A program made the translations under genes and the position numbers. The notes beneath the pieces were generated by a model. That model did not search any database. It was not told the DNA's origin and saw nothing but the letters and a program-made list of their open reading frames with translations. Positions 52,626 to 64,000 of a stretch of DNA of 64,000 nt are shown here, piece after piece. Each line of letters begins with the position of its first letter. Positions within the stretch are counted from its first letter, which is position 1. The stretch lies in contig NC_043011.1 in NCBI RefSeq assembly GCF_006345805.1, forward strand, positions 30,516,464-30,580,463, written 5' to 3'. The stretch is from Octopus sinensis (taxonomy: Eukaryota).

Positions 52626-52861
52626 TATTGTTGTTTATATCTCCAACAGCAATGCATTGAAAAGAATAAATACATTAAAAATGTCATGTAATATCTTGAA
52701 TTCGACCAATGATTTCCAAACCATAGGTCTATGTGAATCGAGCTGCTCGGGGCGACATATCCATAACTATTACTACTACAGCAAAAATTACTGATATCTG
52801 ACATAGCCATCGGGTAAATCAACGATTGATTGTATAGGTCTCTGTACTTGGCTGGTACTTA

Positions 52862-53417
52862 TTGGGTTGTCCGGAAAGTTCGTGCCGATTATTAAAGGAA
52901 AGAAAAAGGTCAATAAATACTTACCATTACATTTTTAATCAACCAAATATGAACCATTTTGTTGCACAATGCGTCTCCATCTTTCCTTTAACTTGAAAAT
53001 ACCTTCTTCCCAGAATTGAGGTGGTTTCATGGAAAAGAAATCATCAAGGTATCTTTTTACATCATCCACGGAATTAAAACTTTTACCATTAAGACTATTC
53101 TGAATAAGTGGAAATCCGAAGGAGCAATATCTGGTGAATATGGAGGGTGGGGTAACACATCCCAGCCGAGCTGCAGCAATTTTTGTCCGGTTCCCAAAGC
53201 ATCAAGGGCCGAAAATGAACTTTCTTATCTTCCATTTTAAAGGGCTACAGAATTAACGCAGGTTATAGGAACATAAACCTTCTTCTAGAAAAAGATAGCT
53301 TAAACTGTGCTCTAAATGGAGGTATAGTCAAATCCTATTTTATGGAATCAACAATGTTCTAAAGTAAGTGGAAAGGTAATCTACTATAAACCAGCACGAA
53401 CTTTCCGGACAACTCAA
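52862..53417 (-). mobile_element. Mariner non-autonomous deletion derivative (same family and deletion as 13328)
   Basis: TIRs TTGGGTTGTCCGGAAAGTTC / GAACTTTCCGGACAACTCAA with TA TSDs (52860-61, 53418-19). Confidence 0.95.
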
Positions 53418-53589
53418 TATTACATCAATTCCGGAATGATAAAGGGTCATGTCGATGGCTGCGAAGGAAAATCAAACTTGGAACATCGTGTCATAAATTT
53501 CGAATTATTCTACTTCACGGAAAACAAATATAGCCTCTGCTTGTCTACTGGACAAAGAAGCGTTACATAGTTGCTTGGCATGCTAGAGA

Positions 53590-53870
53590 TAGCAACTAAA
53601 TCACCTTAGTATCTCATCCTGCCTGGTGCCTGTTGGCTCACGACGCCAGAGCTTATCGGAGTTAGGGAGGTTCTTTATGCTAAGAGTACAAAGCTCTCCA
53701 CCGAACCGCATGTGGCTGACAGGCATTTTTAGTTGAATGTACGGAAGCAAAATGAAGGAAGTACCTTACTCAAGCACACAACAAACTACTGAGTCCAAAA
53801 CTCGATTCCAGCACTACAGACCGTGAGTCCAATGTCTTAACCATTAAACCAGGCATCTCCAAACAAGGAA
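53590..53870 (-). mobile_element. Highly degenerate tRNA-derived SINE
   Basis: GTGAGTCCAATGTCTTAACCATTAAACC and CTCAAGCACACAAC, head-like on the minus strand. Confidence 0.4.
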
Positions 53871-54289
53871 GATAATATTGGCTAATGCAACTTAAATATA
53901 TTATTAAAAAAAATATTAATTAAAAAATCTACAAATCAGATTGAATATTCACGGCTGGAATGCATTTTATCAAAGTCTGCTGGATCATGATTGATCCGGG
54001 GCTAGATAAGAACAACTATTAAAACAACATATTTTGTCTCTTCAGATGAAATGAACTTGTTCTACTTTCCCGAAATAGATTCTCTATCAGAATTTATCTC
54101 CCTGGAAAATATATTTAATGACAATAAATAAATGAATGAATAAATAAATAAATAATAAAAAGTGATCCAAATGAAACGTTCGGTAACTGAGCTCTGACCT
54201 CTTAGAAATATTTTTAGAATTCTTCCAGTCATTTCATTGACAGTCTGATAAATTCCAACTCCCTACAGCGAGTTTCATTCGTATCCATA

Positions 54290-54362
54290 TGGATATTTAC
54301 ATAGGCACACACACATACAATCAAGCAAACACGGACACACACACACACACATACACGCACAT

Positions 54363-54396
<34 letters not shown>

Positions 54397-54495
54397 CACT
54401 TTTGTATCCCTAAACACAGAATATATATATATATATTGTTGCGTTAAGAGATACAAAAACGATATATATATGTAAATATATACATACGCACACAT

Positions 54496-54551
<56 letters not shown>

Positions 54552-54573
54552 AGATAGATAGATAGATAGATAT

Positions 54574-54616
<43 letters not shown>

Positions 54617-54704
54617 CTTTTCAAGCATACATACATTTACAATTACACAAATATTAATATTTCCTTATTTGTGTATGTATGTATATATATATGCATGCAC
54701 ATAA

Positions 54705-54735
<31 letters not shown>

Positions 54736-54740
54736 AGTCC

Positions 54741-54783
<43 letters not shown>

Positions 54784-56969
54784 TATATGCATATGTATAT
54801 TTGTGAGTATATATATATATATACATACACACATAGATAAATATAAAATGTAAATGTATATATGCATATTTTAAATGCACACACGCACATACACGCACAC
54901 ACATACAGGCACGCACGCACACACACGCACACACATACACGCACGCACACATACGCACACACATACACGCACGCACGCACACACAGATGTTATTTATAAA
55001 CACAGTGCACGTAGACTTTTACTTTTACTTAAATTATTTTCAGAAGCACAATGTAAGTATATTTTATTACAAAATTACAATATATCTGCTCTACCATATA
55101 CAGCTAGTCCCAATACATCAGTGATACATAGAGAGAATTTATGATTGATAACCTTGTAATATCTAAGACTCGCACGTCCTATGGAAGCCATTAATTGCAA
55201 TAAAAATTGCTACATTTAATTACTATAACAATGGCTTGTGATAAACCACGTTAATAACTTTCGTTTACCATTACATTTCCCTAACAATGGATTAATAAGG
55301 CAAAGATCAACAAAGAGCGACTAAGAACAATCAGAAAAAAAATTATTTGATAAATTTAATCTCCGTTTGTCTTCTTGGGAGCCGAGAAATTTTCCCAGCG
55401 ATTCAATATTTTCAATGTGTTTTGAAGATTAATGCCGCCATTTGTTTCGAATATCAATCAAGAACAGTGATCAGTGACAGGACGGTTCTGCCTTATATTG
55501 CTGCCAGATCTTTTCTTGTCATTTGTAGGCCAAAGTAAAGACTATCAATCATAACCGGCTTTTATCTAACACAGTTGTCAGACATACACACATAAACCCA
55601 CATACACACTCGCACACACACTCACACGCACATATACAGACACACACACACTCATAAACGAACAAACTCGACGCACTGCCATACAGAACACGGAAACCCA
55701 CACACCATTACATGCTCAATGCAGATACACGCACACTGGAACACACATATACGCAAGCATAGATACACACACATGCACACACATACACACAGACACACCA
55801 GCGTGCATTCACGCCTAGTCAACACACAAACGAAGAACATACACGCAAACACGTACACACGTAAACAAAGTAACACATACTAGCAAAAATATCTCACGCA
55901 CATACTCACACACACACATATACACACACACACATACACACACACACACATACACACCCACGTATGCAAACACGCGCACACACACAAAATCAAGCAAGAA
56001 CAACCAGACAAACACGCACATACATGTGCATATACACAAACATACACTGAAATACTCACGAACATATATGTTGAAAAGCACATGCATACATGCATACATA
56101 CATACATATATGCATACATACATACATGCATACATACATACATACGCACATATATGCATACATACATACATACACGCATACATACATACACAAATATATG
56201 CATGCATACATACATATATATATGCGTACATACATACATACATACATACAAACATACATGCATACATACACACATACATGCGTACATACATACATACATA
56301 ATACATACATACATACACACATACATACATACATACATACATGCGTACATACGTACATACACACATACATGCGTACATACATACATGCATGCGTACATAC
56401 ATACATACATGCATACATACACACATACATGCGTACATACATACATACATATATACATACATAATACATACATACATGCATGCATGCGTACATACATACA
56501 TACATACATACATATATGCATACATACATACATATATACATACATACATACATACATAGGAATAAACATACAACTACACATACCTGCACACAAAAACAGG
56601 AATCGTTGACCCTAATTGACTTTCTCACTATTAACAAATGTATTTCGGTAAGCAGCTTTGAAATGTAGAGGAAACAATCGATTGGCAGGAACCTAAATTG
56701 AAGTCATAAAGCTTCATCGATTTATCATGCTTATAATCCTATCCTTTGCATCTCCACTACCGCTACGTATTCGCTTATCGTGAAGTTTGGTTTCTATCTT
56801 ACAGCCTTTCCTCAAGCCATATCATTGAAATTCATAATCAGCCTCACTACAGTACTCGGTCCTTCCTCTCTCTGTCTCTCTCTCTTTCTCTCATACACAT
56901 ATACATACATACATATACATACATACATACATACATGTATGTATGCATGTATGTATGTATGCATACATG

Positions 56970-57027
<58 letters not shown>

Positions 57028-57395
57028 CATATATATATATATTATATATATATATATATATACGTATACATATATAAACATATATTAACGTATGTATATG
57101 TATATATTTAAATATAAATATATATATGCATATGTATATATATGTACGCATACATGTATGTATACACATATGTATATATATATATATACATATATATACA
57201 TAAACATATATATACATACATGTATATATGTATGCATGTATATATATATATGTACATACATGTATTTAAACATATATATATATATGCTTGTATGTGCATA
57301 TGTATATACATATACGTATATATATGTATATATATATGTGTGTGTGTGTGTATATATATATGTATGCTTACATGCATACATGAACATACACATAT
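54290..57395. repeat. Large microsatellite complex ((AC)n, (TA)n, (GATA)n, (ATAC)n) with unique islands at about 55000-55560 and 56590-56870
   Basis: Direct inspection; source of the long MYVC/HTYI ORFs. Confidence 0.95.
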
Positions 57396-57761
57396 ATCAC
57401 TGTATCGATGACCAATGAATCGAATGTTGTTATACACTGCTCGTCACAATACACTTCCTTGCATTGTTGTAGCTTTCAAATGATGCCACCTCACTGGCTA
57501 GGCAGGCAGGCCAAATTCGCTCTGAACAGAACGTCATTTCATCGTGTGGTTACTCATTTACGGCTGAGTGAACTGAGCAAAATGAAACAGTATTTGAGAG
57601 CAAGAAGACTCTATTTTGGAGGAGACCTGTATACAGAGACGCGTTGTCCATTGGGAAAAGGAGTTGAGGGAGCATGAAGAAAAGAGGTGGTTAATCTAAT
57701 GAAAAGCACGGTTGGTATTTTGGATCCGGTAGGGGAAGGCAGAATTCGTAGCTGTGAGAAG

Positions 57762-58058
57762 ATGGTCAAGGTACTTTCAAATCTGGAGTTACTTTCATGG
57801 TCGAGGTACTTTCATATCTGGAGTTACTTTCATGGTCGAGGTACTTTCATATCTGGAGTTACTTTCATGGTCAAGGTACTTTCATATCTGGAGTTACTTT
57901 CATGGTCGAGGTACTTTCATATCTGGAGTTACTTTCATGGTCAAGGTACTTTCATATCTGGAGTTACTTTCATGGTCGAGGTACTTTCAAATCTGGAGTT
58001 ACTTTCATGGTCGAGGTACTTTCATATCTGGAGTTACTTTCATGGTCGAGGTACTTTC
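57762..58058. repeat. 35-bp minisatellite, 8.4 copies (GGTCRAGGTACTTTCAWATCTGGAGTTACTTTCAT)
   Basis: Unit starts at 57764, 57799, 57834, 57869, 57904, 57939, 57974, 58009 and 58044 (partial). Confidence 0.98.
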
Positions 58059-58169
58059 CTGTTCTAGAGGGCAGTTGAAAGCAGAAATAATATGCCGGCG
58101 GTGATTGTTAACTTTGTAGATTGTAGAGCTTCCTATGTCCAGGTCAATCAACTGGGATGATATTGAATC

Positions 58170-58285
58170 ACTCATTACATACATACATGCATACATACAT
58201 ATATACACACACACAGAGACGCAGATAGATAGATAGAAAGATAAATAGATAGATAGATAGGTAGGTAGGTAGGTAGGTAGGTAGG

Positions 58286-58363
<78 letters not shown>

Positions 58364-58745
58364 TATAGATAGATAGATATGGGAGAGAGAAAGGGATGGG
58401 GAGAGACGTCCCTGAGGAAACGGAAGTCATAACATCTGGTTTTATCGTAAGAAATCAATAATCGCCAAACATCCTTACGCTGTAATATAGAGTTATTACT
58501 TCTTACAGATTTGTAAGGTAACTGATCGAAATCTATCAACCAGCATAAAACAAGGAGAAGGAGGAGGAGGAAGAAGAGGAAGAAGAGGAGGAGGATGAGA
58601 AGAAGAAGAAAAAGAAGAAGAAGAATGAGAAGAAAGAAGAAAAGAGAAGAAAGAAGAGAAAAAAAGAAGAAGAAGAAGAAGAAGAAGAAGAAAGAAGAAG
58701 AAGAAGAAGATCAATAAGAACAACAACAGCAACAACAACAACAGT
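58170..58745. repeat. (GATA)n/(GGTA)n and (GAA)n/(CAA)n tracts
   Basis: Direct inspection. Confidence 0.9.
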
Positions 58746-58781
58746 ACTAATAGTTATTTTTATGATTATAATAATAATAAT

Positions 58782-60342
58782 CTGAAGCTGTTTGTTAGAA
58801 ATGACGAAGAGCTAACAATTGCTAAAGAGTTCAGCAATGAGATCGGGATGGATTTTGGCCTTGATAAGTGTGCTAAAGCAACTTTCGTAAGAGTGAAGCT
58901 CAGAATAACAGATTCCATTAAATGAGATACTGACGTTACCATCAAAGAGCTTGACCCACAAGAAAGTTATAGATGTTTGGGGATAAACGAAGAAGATGTA
59001 TGCAACATGCTACTATGATTGAAAGAATAAGGTAGGAGTATTACAGGAGAATAAGACTCATACTAAAAACTGAGCATAACTCCAAAGATCACATCGAAGC
59101 CATTAACACACTGACACATCCAGTAGTCCAATATATTTTTAACATCGTTAACTAGAATCTTACAGAGCTCCAATGCCCATACAGAAAGACAAGAAAACTA
59201 TTGACATCTAAGAACATTCACTACCCAAAACCAGACGTTGACCGTTTGTACCTACCTGGAAGTAACGAGGGAAGAGGGATGATGAAGGTAGAACTGTACT
59301 ATAAACCTCCACAATAGCAATGACCAGATACTTATCTATGACTGGATTCTGCGGTTCGTGTGCAAACACGAAAGTAGCAAAAAATTGAAGGAGATTGCAA
59401 AAAAGAACGGGCGGAAACAAATTGAGGAGCCGTGGAGCCAGAAGCCTCTGCATGAACAATATATATTTCGAAGTTGAAACGCTGATGTAGACTCAGTGGC
59501 TGAGAAGTTCAGGGCTGAAAGCAGAGATTGAATGTTTCATATTGGCGGCACAAGATCAAAGCTTTCTTGCTAAAAATTACCATGCTAACGTTCTTCAAAA
59601 TGATTCTGACCCTAAATGCAGATTCTGCAACACATTTGACGAAACAATAGACCATCAGGTCTCGGGATATCTTGTGCTGACATCAAACGAATGCAAAAAT
59701 CACCATGATAGGGCAGGACGGTATTTACATTGGAAAATATGTAAACACTACAAAACCAGCACTCCTGCTTGCTGGTATGAACATCATCCTGAGCCAGTCG
59801 ATGAAGGTAAAAATGTCACTATCCTCTGAGATTTTCTAGTCAACACTGACAGAACGATCCAGGTTGATCGACCAGACATAATTATTAAAGACAGAGAAGA
59901 AAATACTTATAGACTAATAGAAGTAATCGTTCCCACTGATAGAAATGTACCTGTAAAGGAATTTGACAAATTAAGTAAATATAAGGACCTGGAAACTGAA
60001 ATACAAAAGATGTGGCATCTTAAAGCGAGAACTGTTCTGTTATTGTAGGTGCCCTGGGTATGATAAGAAAAAGGATGTCAGAAACATCTAGATAAGATCC
60101 CAGGAGAACCATGTCTCAGAGAAATCCAAAAGACTGTGCTGACAAGTACTGCCCATATCCTTAGAAAAACCCTATCCATTTAAATGTCTGTGTTGTAGTA
60201 CATGAAGATATTTCGCTACTGCCCCTGACACTTCCCCTCCCCAAGCTTTTAGTCATTCTGTAACATCTCTTATCCTTCACTCGCCCTAGAACACAGGGTG
60301 AGCCTCAGCAAGTGACTGTAACAAACATGCAGATTAAAATTA

Positions 60343-60343
<1 letters not shown>
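58782..60343 (+). mobile_element. R4/Dong-like LINE, 5'-truncated (late RT, CCHC knuckle, RLE, 3'UTR), between TAA arrays
   Basis: LKLF..ND...FGLDKCAK; AAQDQ...DPKCRFCNTFDETIDH; DRPDIIIKD...KLSKYKDLE...GALG...STAHILRKTLSI* (stop at 60181-83). Confidence 0.93.
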
Positions 60344-60392
<49 letters not shown>

Positions 60393-60393
<1 letters not shown>

Positions 60394-61530
60394 GTTACAG
60401 TAAAGTCTGTCCCATCAAAAGAAGAAGTGCAGGAATTTTGGAATAAAATTTGGGCAGAAGAAAAAACAACGAAAAGGCCCCTTGGATTGATAGAATATCT
60501 ACAGACTTAGACTCCTTAGAGGAGCAAAAGTGGGAGGGTGTCAAGGTAGAAGGAGGTCAAGCAAATGGAAAGGATAAAATTCATAAATTCTAGTTGAACG
60601 CCTTCCCAGAGATCCACGAACCACTAACAAAACTTTACAACGATATTTTGCAACATCTTAGTATGATGCCCTCTTGGCTAGTTAATGGTTTAACATTCCT
60701 ACTTCCAAAAAGTGAAGAAACAAATGAACCAAAAAATTATCGACCCATAACCTGTATAACGACAATGTATGAAACGCTAACATCTGTCCTGACTGAATAT
60801 ACCTATAGTTTTTTTTAATAGAATGTAGCATATTCCCTAATGAGCAAAAAGGATGTAAACGTGGATCTTATGGTTGTAAAGTTCAGCTACTCATCAATAA
60901 GATGATCTTAGAAGATTGTCACAAACGACACAAACACTTGTCAATAGCCTGGATAGACTATAAGAAAGCTTTTGATAGCCTACCTCTGGAAATGTATAAA
61001 ATAGCACCTACTCTGCGAAACATTTTGTCTGTAAGTATGAGATCATGGAGAAACACACTGACTTTGAACAGTGACAATGAATCCCTAAATGCTGGAGATG
61101 TAAAAATTTCATGTGGCATTTTCCAGTGTGACCCACTATCACCACTCTTCTTTTATCTAGCCTCAATACCTCTCTCAAAATTGCTCAATGATGCACAGTA
61201 CGGTTATAAAATGTTTGATAAAAATATAAATCATCTCATTTACATGGATGATTTAAAGCTCTTTGCAAAAAATGACCAACAACGCAAGGGTTTACTAGCG
61301 CTTGTTAAACAATTCAGTGATGACATCAGGATGCAATTTGGCCTCGATAAATGTGTGCAAGCTACCTTTATCAAATGCACCACCCTAAGGCAAATATAGA
61401 ACGACTTTATCTGCCAAGAAAAGTGGGATGCAGTAGACTTTTACAACTGCCATTAACAATGAAGATAGCTACAATTGGCCAAGACGCCTACCTGAAAAAC
61501 TCTGAGGACTTGATGTTAAAACTTGTCTGG
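60393..61530 (+). mobile_element. Second R4/Dong-like LINE fragment (core RT, internal deletion, no 3' end)
   Basis: PKNYRPITCI; [12 protein letters not shown]; [11 protein letters not shown]; [15 protein letters not shown]...FGLDKC, joined to [14 protein letters not shown]. Confidence 0.93.
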
Positions 61531-62489
61531 AGCGCTAGCAGAATATATCGAACCAGTGTTTTTTATGGACACACTAATGATGTAGACAGCAAATTCTTTG
61601 TGTAACTATAGCTTACTTAAACGCTTCTCTTATTAAATATCCTACACGGATGATCTACAAAAAACGCCTATTCATACTGTTTAGGTAAAACTTGTTAACT
61701 TCTGAAAGGACATTTAACCTATCTAGAGGATTATATAATAAAATAATTCATTTCCTATTTTGCGTTTATGAATATTATTGTTGCAATTTATAATATTAAT
61801 GTTTATGAATATTAAAGTATTTTAGTGGAAGCCTCTGTCTTTTAATCTCATTGTAGTAATAAATGGCACGGTTAAAAGATTTATCGCCAGAGGATGTGTC
61901 TAATATGAGCTAACAAATATTTTAAATAATTATTTATGGATGGTTAGAATGAATATTAATATACTGCAAGTTCATATAAACATTACTATAAGAACAGAAT
62001 TTAGCAGTAGCTGAATCAAGAGTTATATCTGAGAAATTGTTTATGAAAAGATCATCTACTGTGATGTTTAGCTATAACTCTTTAAATATATTGATGAACT
62101 ACGTCCAAGCAGCTTTGATTTTATTACCATTCACACTTCACCAAATTAATACCCATCATCAGGAGAAAAAAGAACTGATTAAAGTTAGCTGAATCTCCAC
62201 TAAAGTAACTTTAAAGTGTAAAATCATATTCCTCAGTTATATCTTCCGATCACATGAATACATCAAACAATTTCTAGCAACTACGTTTAACCTAGAAGAA
62301 ACTACCGTGAAATTACATTAATATTAATGTCACCGATTTGTGAAGTATTTTAAAGACGAGATTTAGTTATTGACAGATAAATCACTATTATATCGAACTG
62401 CATAAATGTAAAGAGGTGCTTAAAAAAAGACCCATTATTAATTATTGATAATTATGAAGTTCATGAAAATTAAATCCAGTTTAAATGCA

Positions 62490-62525
62490 ATATAGATAGA
62501 CAGACAGACAGACAGATAGATAGAC

Positions 62526-62565
<40 letters not shown>

Positions 62566-62601
62566 CGACAGACAGACCGACAGACAGACAGATAGACAGA
62601 C

Positions 62602-62686
<85 letters not shown>

Positions 62687-62688
62687 TA
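62490..62688. repeat. (GACA)n/(GATA)n microsatellite
   Basis: Direct inspection. Confidence 0.97.
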
Positions 62689-62690
62689 CA

Positions 62691-62892
62691 CGAGAGGTGA
62701 TGAAAAGTTTCTGGTTTTAAGAGTATCGCGAAAGATACTGTTTGGAGGCCCAAACATCCGATTTCTTTTAGAGGGTTTAGAAAAACTGAAGAACCGCTGC
62801 AATAAGTGTGTGAATCCGAGAGGGGAATACATTGAATAAAATCATAATTAACTGATCCTCCCCTATTTTCAGGAACTTTTCAGCATCCCTCG
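62691..62892 (+). mobile_element. Mariner-derived MITE (~200 bp)
   Basis: TIRs CGAGAGGTGATGAAAAGTT / AACTTTTCAGCATCCCTCG; retains the transposase C-terminus [22 protein letters not shown]. Confidence 0.85.
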
Positions 62893-62900
62893 TGTGTGTG

Positions 62901-62948
<48 letters not shown>

Positions 62949-62954
<6 letters not shown>

Positions 62955-63686
62955 AGAAAAAGGGACAGGCAACAGGTTGCTTGACCGCATACCGAAAAAA
63001 GTAGAAATAGCAGTCAAAAATGCTTATTTCTAATTTCCACAAATGGGGCTCCGGGCACGACAAACCCTGTAATTCACATATGCAAAACAGAAGGAATAGA
63101 TATTCGAAAACGAAGTATGGTGGTTATCTGTGAACATCATGTTTCTGGATTATAAACATATTGAATATATATTTCATATATACTTTTGATCCTATGGAAC
63201 TATTTTTGTAGTGCACATGGCAAAATTTTGGAGGGAAGATTGATGAATTCGAACGTCTATGTAGGTTTAGCCTTTGCTCGCTTTCTTCAAATATTTTGAT
63301 GTCCCATGGTCAGAAGGTTTGAGGTACGTAGCATTTGATAAATCTATGATAAATCTATTTCAATGGAAAGCTGTGCTGAAGAAGGATGTGAAATATATAT
63401 GCAATATATATGAAATATATATGCAATATATATATGAAATATATATCAAAAGTATATATGAAATATATATTCAATATGTTTATAATCCAGAAACATGATG
63501 TTCACAGATAACCACCAGACTTCGTTTTCGAATATCTATTCCTTCTGTTTTGCATATGTGAATTACAGGGTTTGTCGTGCCCGGAGCCCCATTTGTGGAA
63601 ATTAGAAATAAGCATTTTTGACTGCTATTTCTACTTTTTTCGGTATGCGGTCAAGCAACCTGTTGCCTGTCCCTTTTTCTTATATA
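62949..63686. repeat. Long inverted repeat (242-bp arms, 254-bp spacer) flanked by (TA)n
   Basis: 62949-63190 is the reverse complement of 63445-63686, with a single mismatch seen (63117/63518). Confidence 0.97.
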
Positions 63687-63804
63687 CAATATATATACTG
63701 AACTTTACAGAAGTTCCTGCCGGTAATCGGCTATATTTACATACCGAATTCTACCAGTAAATACTTGTGGGTTTTTTTAAAAACCATTATAGAAATTATT
63801 TACC

Positions 63805-64000
<196 letters not shown>

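Noticed and set aside
55652-57437. Long ORFs (up to 252 aa) of MYVC/HTYI/YI type here and elsewhere
   Set aside because: They are read-throughs of TA/TATG/AC microsatellites.
57762-58058. CRISPR-like array
   Set aside because: Contiguous 35-bp units with no unique spacers, in a eukaryotic context; it is a minisatellite.

Overview
AT-rich, microsatellite-dense animal DNA, most likely an octopus (inferred from recognisable cephalopod-type tRNA-derived SINE families and from the TA/TATG/TAA/GATA repeat load). No confidently identifiable protein-coding gene is present; nearly all ORFs in the supplied track are microsatellite read-throughs or transposon remnants, so this is probably intron or intergenic DNA. 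Supported content: (i) several SINE families in many copies; (ii) four R4/Dong-like restriction-like-endonuclease (RLE) LINE fragments stacked in (TAA)n arrays; (iii) RTE-type and Penelope-like (PLE) retroelement fragments; (iv) Tc1/mariner elements, including two copies sharing one internal deletion, a decayed full-length Tc1, a MITE and an unusual element built from two left ends; (v) a Helitron-like element; (vi) a 35-bp minisatellite. The most interesting structures are two near-perfect long inverted repeats with about 240-bp arms (44.0-44.6 kb and 62.9-63.7 kb), variant type-I hammerhead-ribozyme-like motifs in PLE-type termini (best at 44510-44572), and several template-switch or templated-insertion scars. 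Family labels A-E are my own working names. Repeat boundaries are approximate (about +/-10 bp) unless TIRs or TSDs are given.
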